From Candidatus Latescibacterota bacterium (GTDB taxonomy: Bacteria > Latescibacterota > UBA2968 > UBA8231), in NCBI GenBank assembly GCA_965243025.1, contig CBDETY010000003.1, positions 5,248,001 to 5,312,000 of the forward strand: a stretch of DNA of 64,000 nt. The letters run 5' to 3'. The notes below the pieces were generated by a model. It was not told the origin of the DNA, ran no database searches, and worked only from the letters and a program-made list of their open reading frames with translations. A program made the position numbers and the translations under genes. The stretch's first letter is position 1. Each line of letters opens with the position of its first letter. Below, piece by piece: positions 48,589-58,752 of this stretch.

Positions 48589-51500
48589 CTGTCCGTTTTT
48601 TCCCGGGCTCCACCCAAGTCTTTCAGGAACAGGTTCACGTTGGGCTCAACGTCCCTCATGGAACGGTTTGCCCGGAATTTCGCGTGGTGCTCGGTTTCGA
48701 AATCCTTGTCGAGGATTTCGCGAAGCAACGGCCGTGGCCGCCGTTGCCCCGGGATTTCGTAGCGCTGATACTGGACCTCGACTCCGGCCGACTGGTAGTC
48801 GTCGATCACCTTGGTCCAGGAGTCGAGCAGGTCGACGACGCGGTTCTGCACGCTGCGCAAATACTGTTCGCGCTCTTCCTCGTCCGTGATCGGCTGGCTC
48901 CGCACCCGTTCGAGGAAGGCATCGAGCAGCATGGGCTCCAGTTCAGCCCGGATGTCGCCGATCCGTTTCACTTCCATTGCCGGCGTCAGCTCGGCCCGCC
49001 CGTGCCGGGCGAGCGTTACCAGGGCCCCGGCGAACCCCCTGTCCAGGGCGCGGGCCGAAAACGGCGTGACGCTGCCGACCTCGACGGAGCGGTAGAAGGT
49101 CTCGTGGTAGTGGCGGAAACGCTCGTAGTGAGATCGGTCCCTGGGCTTGTGGATGTTGAGCAGACTAACCACCAGGCCGGGCCGTTCGTCGTCGCGGCCG
49201 ATCCGGCTGGTGGCCTGGATGTACTCGTCGTGGCGCAGGGGCTGTCCGAGCACCACCATCAGACCGAGCCGTTGAATGTCCAGCCCCACGGAGATCATGT
49301 TGGTGGCGATTGCGCAGTCGACGCGGTCATTCTCGTGGAAGCCCAATCCCAGCCGCCGGCGGGCTTCGGCCACCTTGTCCGTGGAGACGCGCGACGTCAG
49401 CTCCACCACCTCGGAGAAGGTTCTCCGGTCCCGGAACAGCCCGGTCGTTTCACCGATTCGCTTGCGGATTCCGTACCCCTTGATGGTGTTCTGGATTTCC
49501 TCTTCGAGGATGCGCCGGGCGCCGCCCAACTCCTTCAGGCTGTTGAAATAACCCAGCACCGTCATGTACGGGTCGGCGGGGTTCTCTTCGTTGCGGCGGC
49601 CCCCCGCTTCCATGTAAGCCTTCTGGGCGGTTCCCATGAGCGCCAGCCACGCCCGGCGCATAAGCACCTTCGGGTTCCTGCCCTGGGCGGCGATTCCCAC
49701 GTATACCCGGCCCGGCACCTTGGAGGTCGTTTCCGTGCGAGCAAAGAAGGAGTCGCGCCGGTCTGGCCCGGGGGCGGGGAAGACCTGTGTCAGCGAGCGG
49801 CCGAATAGCGCCTGGATCTGGTCCTGCGCCTGCCTGACGGTGGCTGTGGAAGCAATGATCTTTGGGCGAAAGGCATTCCCTCCGGTCCCGCGCACGCAAA
49901 GAGCTTCGATCGCCGCTTCGTACAGTCCGGCAATCGTTCCCAAAGGCCCGGAGATCAGGTGCAGCTCGTCCTGGATCACCAGGTCGGGGGGCAGCAGCGG
50001 AGCCGGCAGCCGGGTTGCTCTTTCTGTATCCGTGGCGCCGTAGAACCCCCTCCCGTCATATCGGTCCGCCCCGCCGAGAAGACCGCCGGAGGGTCCCATC
50101 CAGGGCAGCGATGCGAACTTGTCCACCGTGGCGATCAGAAAGGCCGGCAACCTCCGGTAGATCGGCTCGTCCACGGCCAGGATCGGCAGCGCACGGTCGC
50201 CGCTGAACTCGCACTCGAAGTTCATGCACACGATGCGCAACTCGCGCGGCTGGTCATCGTTGGGAAGCAGCGCGAACGAGTCGGGTCCGAACGGTTCTCC
50301 GCACCAAGGGCAGCTCTCCAACGGGACCGGCGACGGCTTTCCTCTCGGGTCTGCTTTGTACTGCCTGACCTTGGTGCGCGCCGAATCCGACCGGCCGTCA
50401 CCTTTTTTCCCGAGGAGGTTGGGCGTTGCCGCCTTGCCCACCCAGAGCCCGATCTCGAAGGGCCAGTCGCCGTAGCGGCCTTCCGCCTCGGTACGCTCCA
50501 GCTCCAGTGCACAGACCAGACCCGAGGCGCGCGCGAGCTGATCGAGGGTCAGAAGTCGCAGGGTGTAGCGCATGATCACGCTTACGCCGGCGCCGGCCCG
50601 TCCCTGCGCATCCGGATGGCGCAGTCTTCTCAGCACCATGGCAAACGCCGCAAGGCCGAGATACGCTTCGGTCTTTCCGCCGCCGGTGGGGAAGAACAGC
50701 AGGTCGACCGTTTCGCGATGCTGGTCGGCAGGGTCAATCAGCCCGGGGAGATTCAGCAGGATGAAGGCCAGCTGAAAAGGCCGCCAGCTCGGCTCTTCGA
50801 TTTCCAGACGCTGGCGGAGCGCCCGGGCAACTGCCCGGTTAGCCACCCGGAAGGAATCGAGCGCGTCTTCGTCGGCCGCCAACACCGCGATCCCTCGCCC
50901 GATCCGGTCAGCTGCGAGGTCTGCCAACCGCAGCAGTTCTACGGCTGTCTCACGCCGCGTATCCTCCAAGTCCTCGACGCTCTCCCGCCGGGCAAGAACC
51001 CAGGCGCGGTACTGGTCGACGAGGGGCCGTAAAGCGTCCTCGGCTGCCGCCCCGTCGGGCAGCGAGCCAAGGGTTTCCATGGCCAGTTCGACACCCGGCA
51101 CCTCGGCGGTCTCCGTCTTTTCCACCTCGGCACGGGGGATCCACGCAGTCCGCAGGAGGTGACACTCCCCGTCGAGGATCTCCCAGTCTGCCGATACACC
51201 ATGGCCAGTAGCGTACGAGGGTGTGTCCGAGTAATGGAGATCGGCCACTCGATCATCCCACTGATTCGCGCGCGTTCCCCGCAAATCCGGCCGCGGAACA
51301 AACGGGCGCCCACCGTCGACTTCAAGCTCAGGCTGAAAGACATAGGCGCGGTCTACATCGGTCTCCAAAGGGGCCCGGTTGTTGACCAGAAAAACGGAAA
51401 CCGACCGCGTCCCAGGGGGTATGTGTTCTTCGAGGTCCTGCGCGACGACCCTGCGCTGGACAACATGGAGCTGGAGACCGCCCGACTCCGGGACGTCGCA

Positions 51501-51992
51501 GACAACAGGGTCCTCAACTTCGGTGAGTTTGAGGGTGACCTTTTGCACCCGGGGAGTCCGTTGCCAGACTGACTTCTCGTCTTCTTCGTCTTCGATCTTT
51601 ACCGGTTCATAGTCCCCCCAGGAGGCGGTTACCTCGAGTGAGTCCGTTTCCCCGGGAACGAGGAAGCTCAGCCCCATGGAGGAAGGGAAGTAGCCCTTCT
51701 TGGCGGCCTTTCTTTCCTCGTTGGACTCCTCGGCAAGACCAGTGGACTCAGGGACTTCCCCGTCCATGTCGTCATCTTCGTCCGCGTCGGCACTCGTATC
51801 AGCCGCAGACCCGGACGGGATCAGGAAACCGGTCAGATACCAGTTCGAGGGTCGTATCCACCCCGGCAGGCGCTCGTCGGCCAGGGGATGGCCGACCCAA
51901 GGCCCTACCAAATCGAGGTTCAGGGCCTCAATCAGACGGCCTCGTACTTCCAGGGAGGTACTGGGAGCGCGGTTTTTGGAATTGCTCGCCAT
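48585..51992 (-). CDS. drmA: DISARM SF2 helicase
   Basis: 'FPTGGGKTEAYLG', 'RYTLRLLT', 'QDELHL', 'ATNMISVGLDI.RLGLM' and 'YIQATSR.GR'. Confidence 0.93.
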   Translation of the reverse strand: MASNSKNRAPSTSLEVRGRLIEALNLDLVGPWVGHPLADERLPGWIRPSNWYLTGFLIPSGSAADTSADADEDDDMDGEVPESTGLAEESNEERKAAKKGYFPSSMGLSFLVPGETDSLEVTASWGDYEPVKIEDEEDEKSVWQRTPRVQKVTLKLTEVEDPVVCDVPESGGLQLHVVQRRVVAQDLEEHIPPGTRSVSVFLVNNRAPLETDVDRAYVFQPELEVDGGRPFVPRPDLRGTRANQWDDRVADLHYSDTPSYATGHGVSADWEILDGECHLLRTAWIPRAEVEKTETAEVPGVELAMETLGSLPDGAAAEDALRPLVDQYRAWVLARRESVEDLEDTRRETAVELLRLADLAADRIGRGIAVLAADEDALDSFRVANRAVARALRQRLEIEEPSWRPFQLAFILLNLPGLIDPADQHRETVDLLFFPTGGGKTEAYLGLAAFAMVLRRLRHPDAQGRAGAGVSVIMRYTLRLLTLDQLARASGLVCALELERTEAEGRYGDWPFEIGLWVGKAATPNLLGKKGDGRSDSARTKVRQYKADPRGKPSPVPLESCPWCGEPFGPDSFALLPNDDQPRELRIVCMNFECEFSGDRALPILAVDEPIYRRLPAFLIATVDKFASLPWMGPSGGLLGGADRYDGRGFYGATDTERATRLPAPLLPPDLVIQDELHLISGPLGTIAGLYEAAIEALCVRGTGGNAFRPKIIASTATVRQAQDQIQALFGRSLTQVFPAPGPDRRDSFFARTETTSKVPGRVYVGIAAQGRNPKVLMRRAWLALMGTAQKAYMEAGGRRNEENPADPYMTVLGYFNSLKELGGARRILEEEIQNTIKGYGIRKRIGETTGLFRDRRTFSEVVELTSRVSTDKVAEARRRLGLGFHENDRVDCAIATNMISVGLDIQRLGLMVVLGQPLRHDEYIQATSRIGRDDERPGLVVSLLNIHKPRDRSHYERFRHYHETFYRSVEVGSVTPFSARALDRGFAGALVTLARHGRAELTPAMEVKRIGDIRAELEPMLLDAFLERVRSQPITDEEEREQYLRSVQNRVVDLLDSWTKVIDDYQSAGVEVQYQRYEIPGQRRPRPLLREILDKDFETEHHAKFRANRSMRDVEPNVNLFLKDLGGAREKTDR

Positions 51993-52066
51993 CAGGAGAA
52001 CCAGTCATCTACAAACCAAGAAGGTGGTGGGTGCCCAGTAGTCAGTACATACACAGACGGAATGGA

Positions 52067-53242
52067 CTAAGCGTTGTCGACCGGATTGCCACGCCAGACT
52101 AGCGGCTTGCCTGTCTCAGCGTCGACAACGCCATCAAGTTTGGGGGTATCTTCAGGATCTGCGCAGGTTGTATCAAGTTGGGTTTGTGTAAGCCCAACCA
52201 CCGGACTTCCACCCGACTTCGACCCGGAGAAATCTGCACCAGTGAGATTGGAGCGCGACAAGGTCGAACCGTAGAGGTTGGCGTCTGAAAAAGACGCGTT
52301 AGATAAGTCTGCTTCGAGCAGTACTGCGTTTGATAAATCTGCATTCCAGAGTCTCGCGTGGGCGAGTTTGGCCCCGGGCAAATTGGCGTCTGTAAGATTT
52401 GCGCCATCGAGAATGGAACCCGTAAGGTTTATCCCCATCAGATGACCACCAGATAGATCTACTCCGTCCATCCGGGTTAGGTTTGCCACAACAACATTTG
52501 CCATATGTAAGGTAGTGGCTTGGTATCCGAGAGTTGCAGATGGGTTGGACGAGGATAAATCCGCATATCGAAGGTCTGCACCGGATAGTTTGGCGTTCAT
52601 TAGCCTCGCATTCGTAAACCGGACACCAAACAGGTTTGCATTGCCAAGATTGGCTTTATCTAAGGACGCGGCGCGAAGGTCCGCGAATCGCAAGTCCAGT
52701 TGGAATCCCTCCCTTTCCTCGAGACGGAGACCGGTATCACGGCGGCAAGCAATCGCCGACATGACCGCCTCGACATCTTCTCTCTGTGCTGAAGGAATAC
52801 CCCGGAGGTCCTCGAATCTCGGTGCCAGGTTGGTCTCGTCTCCTGGGGAGATCACGTTTTCGTCTTTGGTGGGGTGGCGAACAAAGGCGCAGAAAAGGCG
52901 CATAATCTGGACGTGATATCGATCAGGATGGTCCTCCGCAAGACACCGAAGCGCGAAAATACCGCCGAGACGAACAGAGGTGAGGTGGCTCCCGAGCATC
53001 TCCGCCCCCTTCTGGTAACGCCCGTTCAAAAACTCCTGCTGCGCCGTGTCAGCTTGGCGTTCGGCTACTATACTTCGCCAAATGGCAGCCGGCAACGCGA
53101 CGATTGCTGCGCTCAGCAATCCGATGTTCCGTAGTGTTGAGCTATTGGACTCGGAACTGAACCAATCCCATAGAAGAAAATCAACAACGACCACCGCAAT
53201 GGCTATCGTGATGACTGTCCGAAAGCCAACCGACTTGGGCAT
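52067..53242 (-). CDS. Membrane-anchored pentapeptide-repeat protein
   Basis: Two N-terminal TM segments, 'RLGGIFAL' and long A(D/N)Lxx repeats. Confidence 0.85.
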   Translation of the reverse strand: MPKSVGFRTVITIAIAVVVVDFLLWDWFSSESNSSTLRNIGLLSAAIVALPAAIWRSIVAERQADTAQQEFLNGRYQKGAEMLGSHLTSVRLGGIFALRCLAEDHPDRYHVQIMRLFCAFVRHPTKDENVISPGDETNLAPRFEDLRGIPSAQREDVEAVMSAIACRRDTGLRLEEREGFQLDLRFADLRAASLDKANLGNANLFGVRFTNARLMNAKLSGADLRYADLSSSNPSATLGYQATTLHMANVVVANLTRMDGVDLSGGHLMGINLTGSILDGANLTDANLPGAKLAHARLWNADLSNAVLLEADLSNASFSDANLYGSTLSRSNLTGADFSGSKSGGSPVVGLTQTQLDTTCADPEDTPKLDGVVDAETGKPLVWRGNPVDNA

Positions 53243-53365
53243 GACAGTTTCTTTAGCCTTCAAAAATTTTCTTATCCGGACTATGAAACCTGCGACGGTC
53301 CTCGTGCCCGAAGCAAGTTTGCGCCGAGCCTCAAAAGTCCTTAACCTGCGGATGCTCATCGTTCG

Positions 53366-54520
53366 TTAGAGGGGGTCAATACTCCTCAATTCAAGCGTTG
53401 TTCGAACCTCCCCTATTCCTGTCTCTTCGACCCGTTCAACACAGTCTACCTCGTATCTTTGGGTGTCGACGATCACTCCACTTAATGTGACTTTAAAACC
53501 ACTGGCAGAACGGCCGCTATGGCGGATGCCTTCGTCGTCCCGCAGAGTCCAAAGTCCCGATTCGACGTTGACGTGTGTGAAGACTCCCTTAAGGGTGACC
53601 TCCTCAACCGTCAAATCCTTCTGTTCGACGATCAGGTTGTGTAGTCTTTCTGCAGAACTTCGAGAAATCTTCCTTGCCGATGAGAATGTCCGGTCCGGTG
53701 CTGACCATCGGTATCCCAGGCCAGATTCAGAATCAACCATGAATTTCAGCAATCGCCGATAGGCATCTACGAGGTGGCCCCTGTTGTCCCGGATGACAGA
53801 GAACCCCGCCTCTGGTTCATCGATGCACTCGGTCAGGATATCGATTTTATCAAGAGCTCTGGACAGACCTACGAAACCTAGTAAGTCAGGGTCTACTCTT
53901 GACTGGAGGTGAACAGTGAACGATCCGGGCGAAAACCCAAACACGTCCATCATCCAGTTCGCTTTATCCCCAATTTTTTTCCGTGTGTCTGGGCTTACGT
54001 CGCGAAGAACTCTCCGGTATGCCTGGCCAACCAGATTCTGAAAAAGGGACAGTCCCGTGGTCAGATTACTCACCCCGATATTCGCAGCGGTTTGGGTTTC
54101 TGGAGGATTCATTCGCAAGTGCAAAATTGCCTTGCCACGGGTTGTCACTTCCTGAGTCACCGGGTCCGGATCAACAAAGTCCGATATTCGAAGGTCTGGG
54201 TCGGGGAGCCATTTCTCGGGGGGCCTGCCAACTGGAGACATCGGTAATCGATTCGCCGATTCGACGGTGTCACCCGTGAGTGCTGCGATGTAATACTCGT
54301 TAACTTCGGGTGTTGTCAGGCCACTACGGACATCAAGAACGCCGGTTTCCAGTTGGTACACCCTATCTCCTGACACGGGTGTCAGCAGGTATCCATCCGT
54401 GCTTTCCGATTCCTCGACCAGCAATCCAAGGTAGAGTTGCCCCACTTCATCGCTAGCCACGATGACTTGAGGTCCATCGTAGTAGATCAGCGTCCGTACG
54501 AGTTGGACAGATCTGGCCAT
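53366..54520 (-). CDS. DUF6575-like N-terminal domain protein
   Basis: 'LIYYDGPQV...DEVGQLYLGLL' motif and 'SPGSFTV'. The family call is from recognition only. Confidence 0.55.
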   Translation of the reverse strand: MARSVQLVRTLIYYDGPQVIVASDEVGQLYLGLLVEESESTDGYLLTPVSGDRVYQLETGVLDVRSGLTTPEVNEYYIAALTGDTVESANRLPMSPVGRPPEKWLPDPDLRISDFVDPDPVTQEVTTRGKAILHLRMNPPETQTAANIGVSNLTTGLSLFQNLVGQAYRRVLRDVSPDTRKKIGDKANWMMDVFGFSPGSFTVHLQSRVDPDLLGFVGLSRALDKIDILTECIDEPEAGFSVIRDNRGHLVDAYRRLLKFMVDSESGLGYRWSAPDRTFSSARKISRSSAERLHNLIVEQKDLTVEEVTLKGVFTHVNVESGLWTLRDDEGIRHSGRSASGFKVTLSGVIVDTQRYEVDCVERVEETGIGEVRTTLELRSIDPL

Positions 54521-54533
54521 TCGTAAGTCCGGG

Positions 54534-54917
54534 TCAGGGATTGACAGACAGGGCCAGTGGGACAGGGTCGAAGTTGGCACCGCGCCACCAGGACACGTGG
54601 CCCGACTTCCCGGGGGTTTTCTTGGTGAGGCCCGCCGCCGGAGGAAGATTCAGTGAAACGATGGAACCGCCCTTGAATCGAGGCAATTTCAACAATTTAA
54701 TGGCGCTCTTCCGGACGAGAAATAGCGATACGGCACGTGCCTGACACTCCGGTACCGAAAAAGGTCGTTTCGGGTAGAGTGACCTCTGCGAAATGAAATC
54801 GCAGTCGGTGGGGGGGATCGCCCGAACAACGCGAAAGTGCGGTTCAGGAACTGGTGCACCGGCGTCTTTTGGGGGGCAGTCATCCGGAAGTTCTTCGTAC
54901 CAGCCGTTCTCAGCCAT
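54534..54917 (-). CDS. Small hypothetical protein, possible ADP-ribosyltransferase-like fold
   Basis: 127 aa with 'LPDDCPP', 'FRVV', 'DF.S', 'AVSLF' and 'HVSWW'; 13 bp upstream of the DUF6575-like gene. Confidence 0.55.
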   Translation of the reverse strand: MAENGWYEELPDDCPPKDAGAPVPEPHFRVVRAIPPTDCDFISQRSLYPKRPFSVPECQARAVSLFLVRKSAIKLLKLPRFKGGSIVSLNLPPAAGLTKKTPGKSGHVSWWRGANFDPVPLALSVNP

Positions 54918-55060
54918 CCGTCACCCAGCCTAGTTTCGCAAGTACCAGCCGCCCCAGAAAAGGCTGTCAACGAGAGAATCGCCTCTTCCGTAATTCGCAT
55001 TCAAAAGGCGGTGCCCACCGGTCGGCACGACGATGGATGGCTCGACCACATGCAGGGTTG

Positions 55061-56953
55061 TCACAACGAAATCCCCATTTCTCCCAAGAACCGCGAAGGC
55101 TGTTTCTCCCAGCCAGAATAAACCTCGGAAAAGGTCATAGTTAGGCTTGCCTGGGCTCGTGTAATTGCCACGAAGCAGTTGCGTCGCTCCTCTTCGATGG
55201 CGCGATCGCCGCTTTGTATAGCATAATAGGAGGGCAATTGATCTTCTGCCAACCCAACCAGGTAAACGTGTTGGAACTCCTTGCCCTTGGCGAGGTGTAT
55301 CGTCAAACACTGGATGTCGTTCCTGCCCGGAGGCGATGTTTTTTGCCGCAGGTCCAGCTCCTGAAGGAACTGGTTAAGGGTTGTTTTTCCTCCGTGCTGT
55401 TGCCGGATTTTGCTTTCAAGTTCCCGCCAGACCTGTTTCTCCGCCATCGTTTCGTCGAAACCCGAATCCTGCTCGTAAGAGGTGTCGCTGCTTTCAGAGT
55501 CCCAACGGAAGACGTTATTCACAAAATCCCGATACTCGAGACGTTCCAGAAGATGATCTCGCAGGGTACACAACAACGGGTGGCCAGCTTGACCTGACGG
55601 TGGAGTCGCGGCCTCGACGAATCCTCTCAGCAGCGAATCTCCGGACTGGCCACTTTCCATGTCCGCATCTTCGGGATCAACGTTTACCCCGGTCAGATCT
55701 CCAAATGCCTTGTACAATACTGCCAACTGACCGGCATCGTTCGGGGAATTGGCCAAGCGTAATCCCGAGTGGATGAAACGCAGCAACGGAGATTCGAATT
55801 CTTTTTTCTGCCTGACGAGATACGGGGACAATCCGGCGCTATTCAGCGCTTCTTCAGCGGCTGCCAAAAGCTTGGTATTTCGGGCAAGAATGGTGCAATC
55901 GCCGGGATCGAGGGATCGCTCAACAATATCCCGGGCAATCCACGCCATCTCTTGGTCGGTGTCGGGAAATTTTATGTATCTGACTACATCGGAACCGGAC
56001 GATACGACGGTGGATACCAGCCCCTTTTTATCCGCCGCCCGGTCAAGGTTGTGCCGGATCAGGTTGTTGGCCAGTTCAATAACCTGCGGTGGACATCGGT
56101 AACTCTCCGGGAGTTGGACGACCTCCATGTCGTAGTCCTCCCTGAGTTTCCGAAGGCGTTCCGGACTGGCCCCGTTCCACTGGTAGATGATTTGGTCGTC
56201 GTCCGCTACCACGAACAGGTTGGACTTTCGGTCAGGGCAGAGGAGGTGCAGCAAGCAATCCTGGGCTTTGTTTGTATCCTGATACTCGTCGACGCAAATG
56301 AACGGATATACAGTTCGATAGTGGTGGGCAATTCTGGGCCGTTCGCGGAACAGGCGCAGACAGCAGAGCAACAAGGTTCCGAAATCGAGGTAATTCTTCC
56401 GGATCAGGAGACGCATGTAGGTGTTGTAAACAGGTCGAATCCAGTCCCAATCGGAGTGGAACGGAAGCGGTTCATCGTCCCCGAAATGGCCATCTCGAAG
56501 CAAGCGATCGACCATCTGCACGATACCTTTCCCGGTCAAGATCTCCGGCAAGTCTGCGAAGTCCGCGCCCTCAATTGCTTCGTCCAGTAAGCTGTGGCGG
56601 TCTGCGTCCTGGGTAAGGATCTTGAAGTCTGGGCGCAGGCCGAAATGACTGCCGTGTTGCCGCAGCACCTCCGCCGCAAAGGAGTGGAACGTCGTCAGAC
56701 GAGCTCGATGCGCCTCCGGGCCGAGCAGTTGAGATGCCCGAGACCTCATTTCGTCGGCGGCTTTAGTGGTAAACGTAAGCGCCAGAACTTTGAAGCGACT
56801 CTCGGGAAAATCCTGAATCAGCCGTGCGACACGTATGGTCAATACCCGGGTCTTCCCCGACCCCGGTCCGGCAAGGACCAGCATGGGGCCGTCGTTCCAC
56901 GCCACTGCGTTCCGCTGATTGGCGTTCAGACCTTCCATTTCGAGCATGGTCAT
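55061..56953 (-). CDS. gajB: UvrD/REP helicase, Gabija GajB-like
   Basis: 'AGPGSGKT', 'TFHSF', 'VDEYQD', 'TIH.AKG.EF' and 'EEERR..FVAITRA'; ATGA-coupled to the OLD nuclease gene. Confidence 0.75.
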   Translation of the reverse strand: MTMLEMEGLNANQRNAVAWNDGPMLVLAGPGSGKTRVLTIRVARLIQDFPESRFKVLALTFTTKAADEMRSRASQLLGPEAHRARLTTFHSFAAEVLRQHGSHFGLRPDFKILTQDADRHSLLDEAIEGADFADLPEILTGKGIVQMVDRLLRDGHFGDDEPLPFHSDWDWIRPVYNTYMRLLIRKNYLDFGTLLLCCLRLFRERPRIAHHYRTVYPFICVDEYQDTNKAQDCLLHLLCPDRKSNLFVVADDDQIIYQWNGASPERLRKLREDYDMEVVQLPESYRCPPQVIELANNLIRHNLDRAADKKGLVSTVVSSGSDVVRYIKFPDTDQEMAWIARDIVERSLDPGDCTILARNTKLLAAAEEALNSAGLSPYLVRQKKEFESPLLRFIHSGLRLANSPNDAGQLAVLYKAFGDLTGVNVDPEDADMESGQSGDSLLRGFVEAATPPSGQAGHPLLCTLRDHLLERLEYRDFVNNVFRWDSESSDTSYEQDSGFDETMAEKQVWRELESKIRQQHGGKTTLNQFLQELDLRQKTSPPGRNDIQCLTIHLAKGKEFQHVYLVGLAEDQLPSYYAIQSGDRAIEEERRNCFVAITRAQASLTMTFSEVYSGWEKQPSRFLGEMGISL

Positions 56954-58647
56954 TCCCCGGCGAGGTCGATTGCCTTATTGAGAATATCCGAGAGCGGCCC
57001 GGGAACCGGTAGAGCATTCTCGGTTGCTGTCATTTTCGCCACGGCTTCGGCGGCGGCTGCCGGTTTGCTGAAGCTCTTGGGCAACGCATCCAGAACCTCC
57101 AGCCAGTATTGAGCGGTCCCTTTCGTAGATGATGGGTGAGGCTTCTGTGAGGACATCCTTGATTCGTAAATTTCACCGAACCCATTTTCGCAAAGAAGCA
57201 GCTCAACGTTGTCGTAGGGAATTGCGAGTCGGTCAGTCTCGGATGCTCCGCCCAACTGTGCCTTTACTCGGTTCTCGTACTTCTTGCGCCCCTGGTCGTC
57301 GTCCAGTACACAATACCAAGCGATACCGAGCTGATTGGCAACCTTCGCAAGCATCCCCACAACCGTCTGGCTGAACTCCACGCAGCGAACGCCCTCCCGC
57401 TCGAGATCCAGCCCAAGCGTTTCGGCAGCGCCGGAAAACAGCGTTGTTTCCGTCTCTCCTTCGACCAGAAGCCAGCACCTCGAAAAAAGCAACTCGCCGC
57501 GGGTCCGCCGGACGTGGAAATCGAACTTTCGTTCCTCTTCGGGGTTCAGGGTCCCCGGCTGTATTCGGTACGCCTTGATCCCCCCGTCGTCGTGTACGAA
57601 ACGCCGAATGGCCGAAGCATTGACGCTGCCAAGCAGATCGCCGCTGTGGGTCGATACCAGCTTCTGCCCCGGCAGGTCGCGCACCAGGCTCATCAGGGAG
57701 CGGATGGCAGACGGGTGCAGGTGGGCCTCCGGTTCCTCAAGGGCCGTAATCGGTTCTGCCGCGGGGTCGAGATCGGAGAGCTGGCTGCGGAGGAAAGCGC
57801 CGAACAGCAACAGCACAGTCAGACTCTGGGTTCCCTCGCCTTGGAATTCCACCGGAATCCTGGCGCCGGAACGGGAAGCGAGGCTCACCTGGGTGCGGGA
57901 CAGCAAGGAAAAGAGCTTGGTCGGGAGCGCATCGATGGCGACGATATCGGTGGCGCCGAACTCGATAACCCGCGCGGCGTCTTCAAGACGCTGGCGGATT
58001 TCCAGCAACGGTTGATGCGCTTCGATCAGCCGGCGGTTCAGATCGGCGAGTTCCTGTTCCAGCTCATTCTTTTCATCCTCGGGAACGCCAAGCTCCGCAA
58101 GGAAGGTGCGCCAGAAGCGGCCGTTGGAAACAAAATGCCTCGAAGCATCCCGCAGTGCGGAAAGGTAGAACGCCGGCACCACTCTCTGAAAAGCAGTGAG
58201 TTGGGCAGTCGTCCGTCCGGGCAAGGGCTGGCCGTTCGCATCGAGAAAGTCCCAATCCGTTGAGGATTCGAGGACATCAGGCTCGAATGACGAAGTTACC
58301 CGCAGGGTCACCCGGCGTCGGTCCTCTTCATCGAACGCGAGGAGCCCTTCAAGCGTTTGCACGACTTCGTCAGGCCATGGTTCGGCGTCCGTCTCGACGA
58401 ACGACAGTGTTATCTGGATCGGGTCGGAGGCCGCAGGCGACGAGTCTTCGTCGGAAAGGTGATAATCGTACTCGTTGAACGGACCGCGTCCTCGGCCACG
58501 GAGCCGCTCCAAACAGATGCGGATAGCCTCCAGAAACGCTGTCTTGCCCGAGTTGTTCTCGCCGATCAGGACCGTCGTTTCGTCGAGGTCGAGGCTGAGT
58601 TCCTTGATGCAACGGAAGTTGCGTATCTCGACGCTGGTCAGCTTCAT
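56950..58647 (-). CDS. gajA: OLD-family ATP-dependent endonuclease (ATPase + TOPRIM), Gabija GajA-like
   Basis: 'GENNSGKT', 'EEPEAHLHP', 'STHS' and TOPRIM 'LLVEGETE...LDDD'. Confidence 0.8.
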   Translation of the reverse strand: MKLTSVEIRNFRCIKELSLDLDETTVLIGENNSGKTAFLEAIRICLERLRGRGRGPFNEYDYHLSDEDSSPAASDPIQITLSFVETDAEPWPDEVVQTLEGLLAFDEEDRRRVTLRVTSSFEPDVLESSTDWDFLDANGQPLPGRTTAQLTAFQRVVPAFYLSALRDASRHFVSNGRFWRTFLAELGVPEDEKNELEQELADLNRRLIEAHQPLLEIRQRLEDAARVIEFGATDIVAIDALPTKLFSLLSRTQVSLASRSGARIPVEFQGEGTQSLTVLLLFGAFLRSQLSDLDPAAEPITALEEPEAHLHPSAIRSLMSLVRDLPGQKLVSTHSGDLLGSVNASAIRRFVHDDGGIKAYRIQPGTLNPEEERKFDFHVRRTRGELLFSRCWLLVEGETETTLFSGAAETLGLDLEREGVRCVEFSQTVVGMLAKVANQLGIAWYCVLDDDQGRKKYENRVKAQLGGASETDRLAIPYDNVELLLCENGFGEIYESRMSSQKPHPSSTKGTAQYWLEVLDALPKSFSKPAAAAEAVAKMTATENALPVPGPLSDILNKAIDLAGE

Positions 58648-58752
58648 TCAGGATTCCCCGTTCAGACTCGCGTACTTGAAATCCCGTCCCAGTCGATGTG
58701 CTCGACAAACATCCCATCTCCCTCCAGGTAGACGTGCAATCTCAACCGTCTC

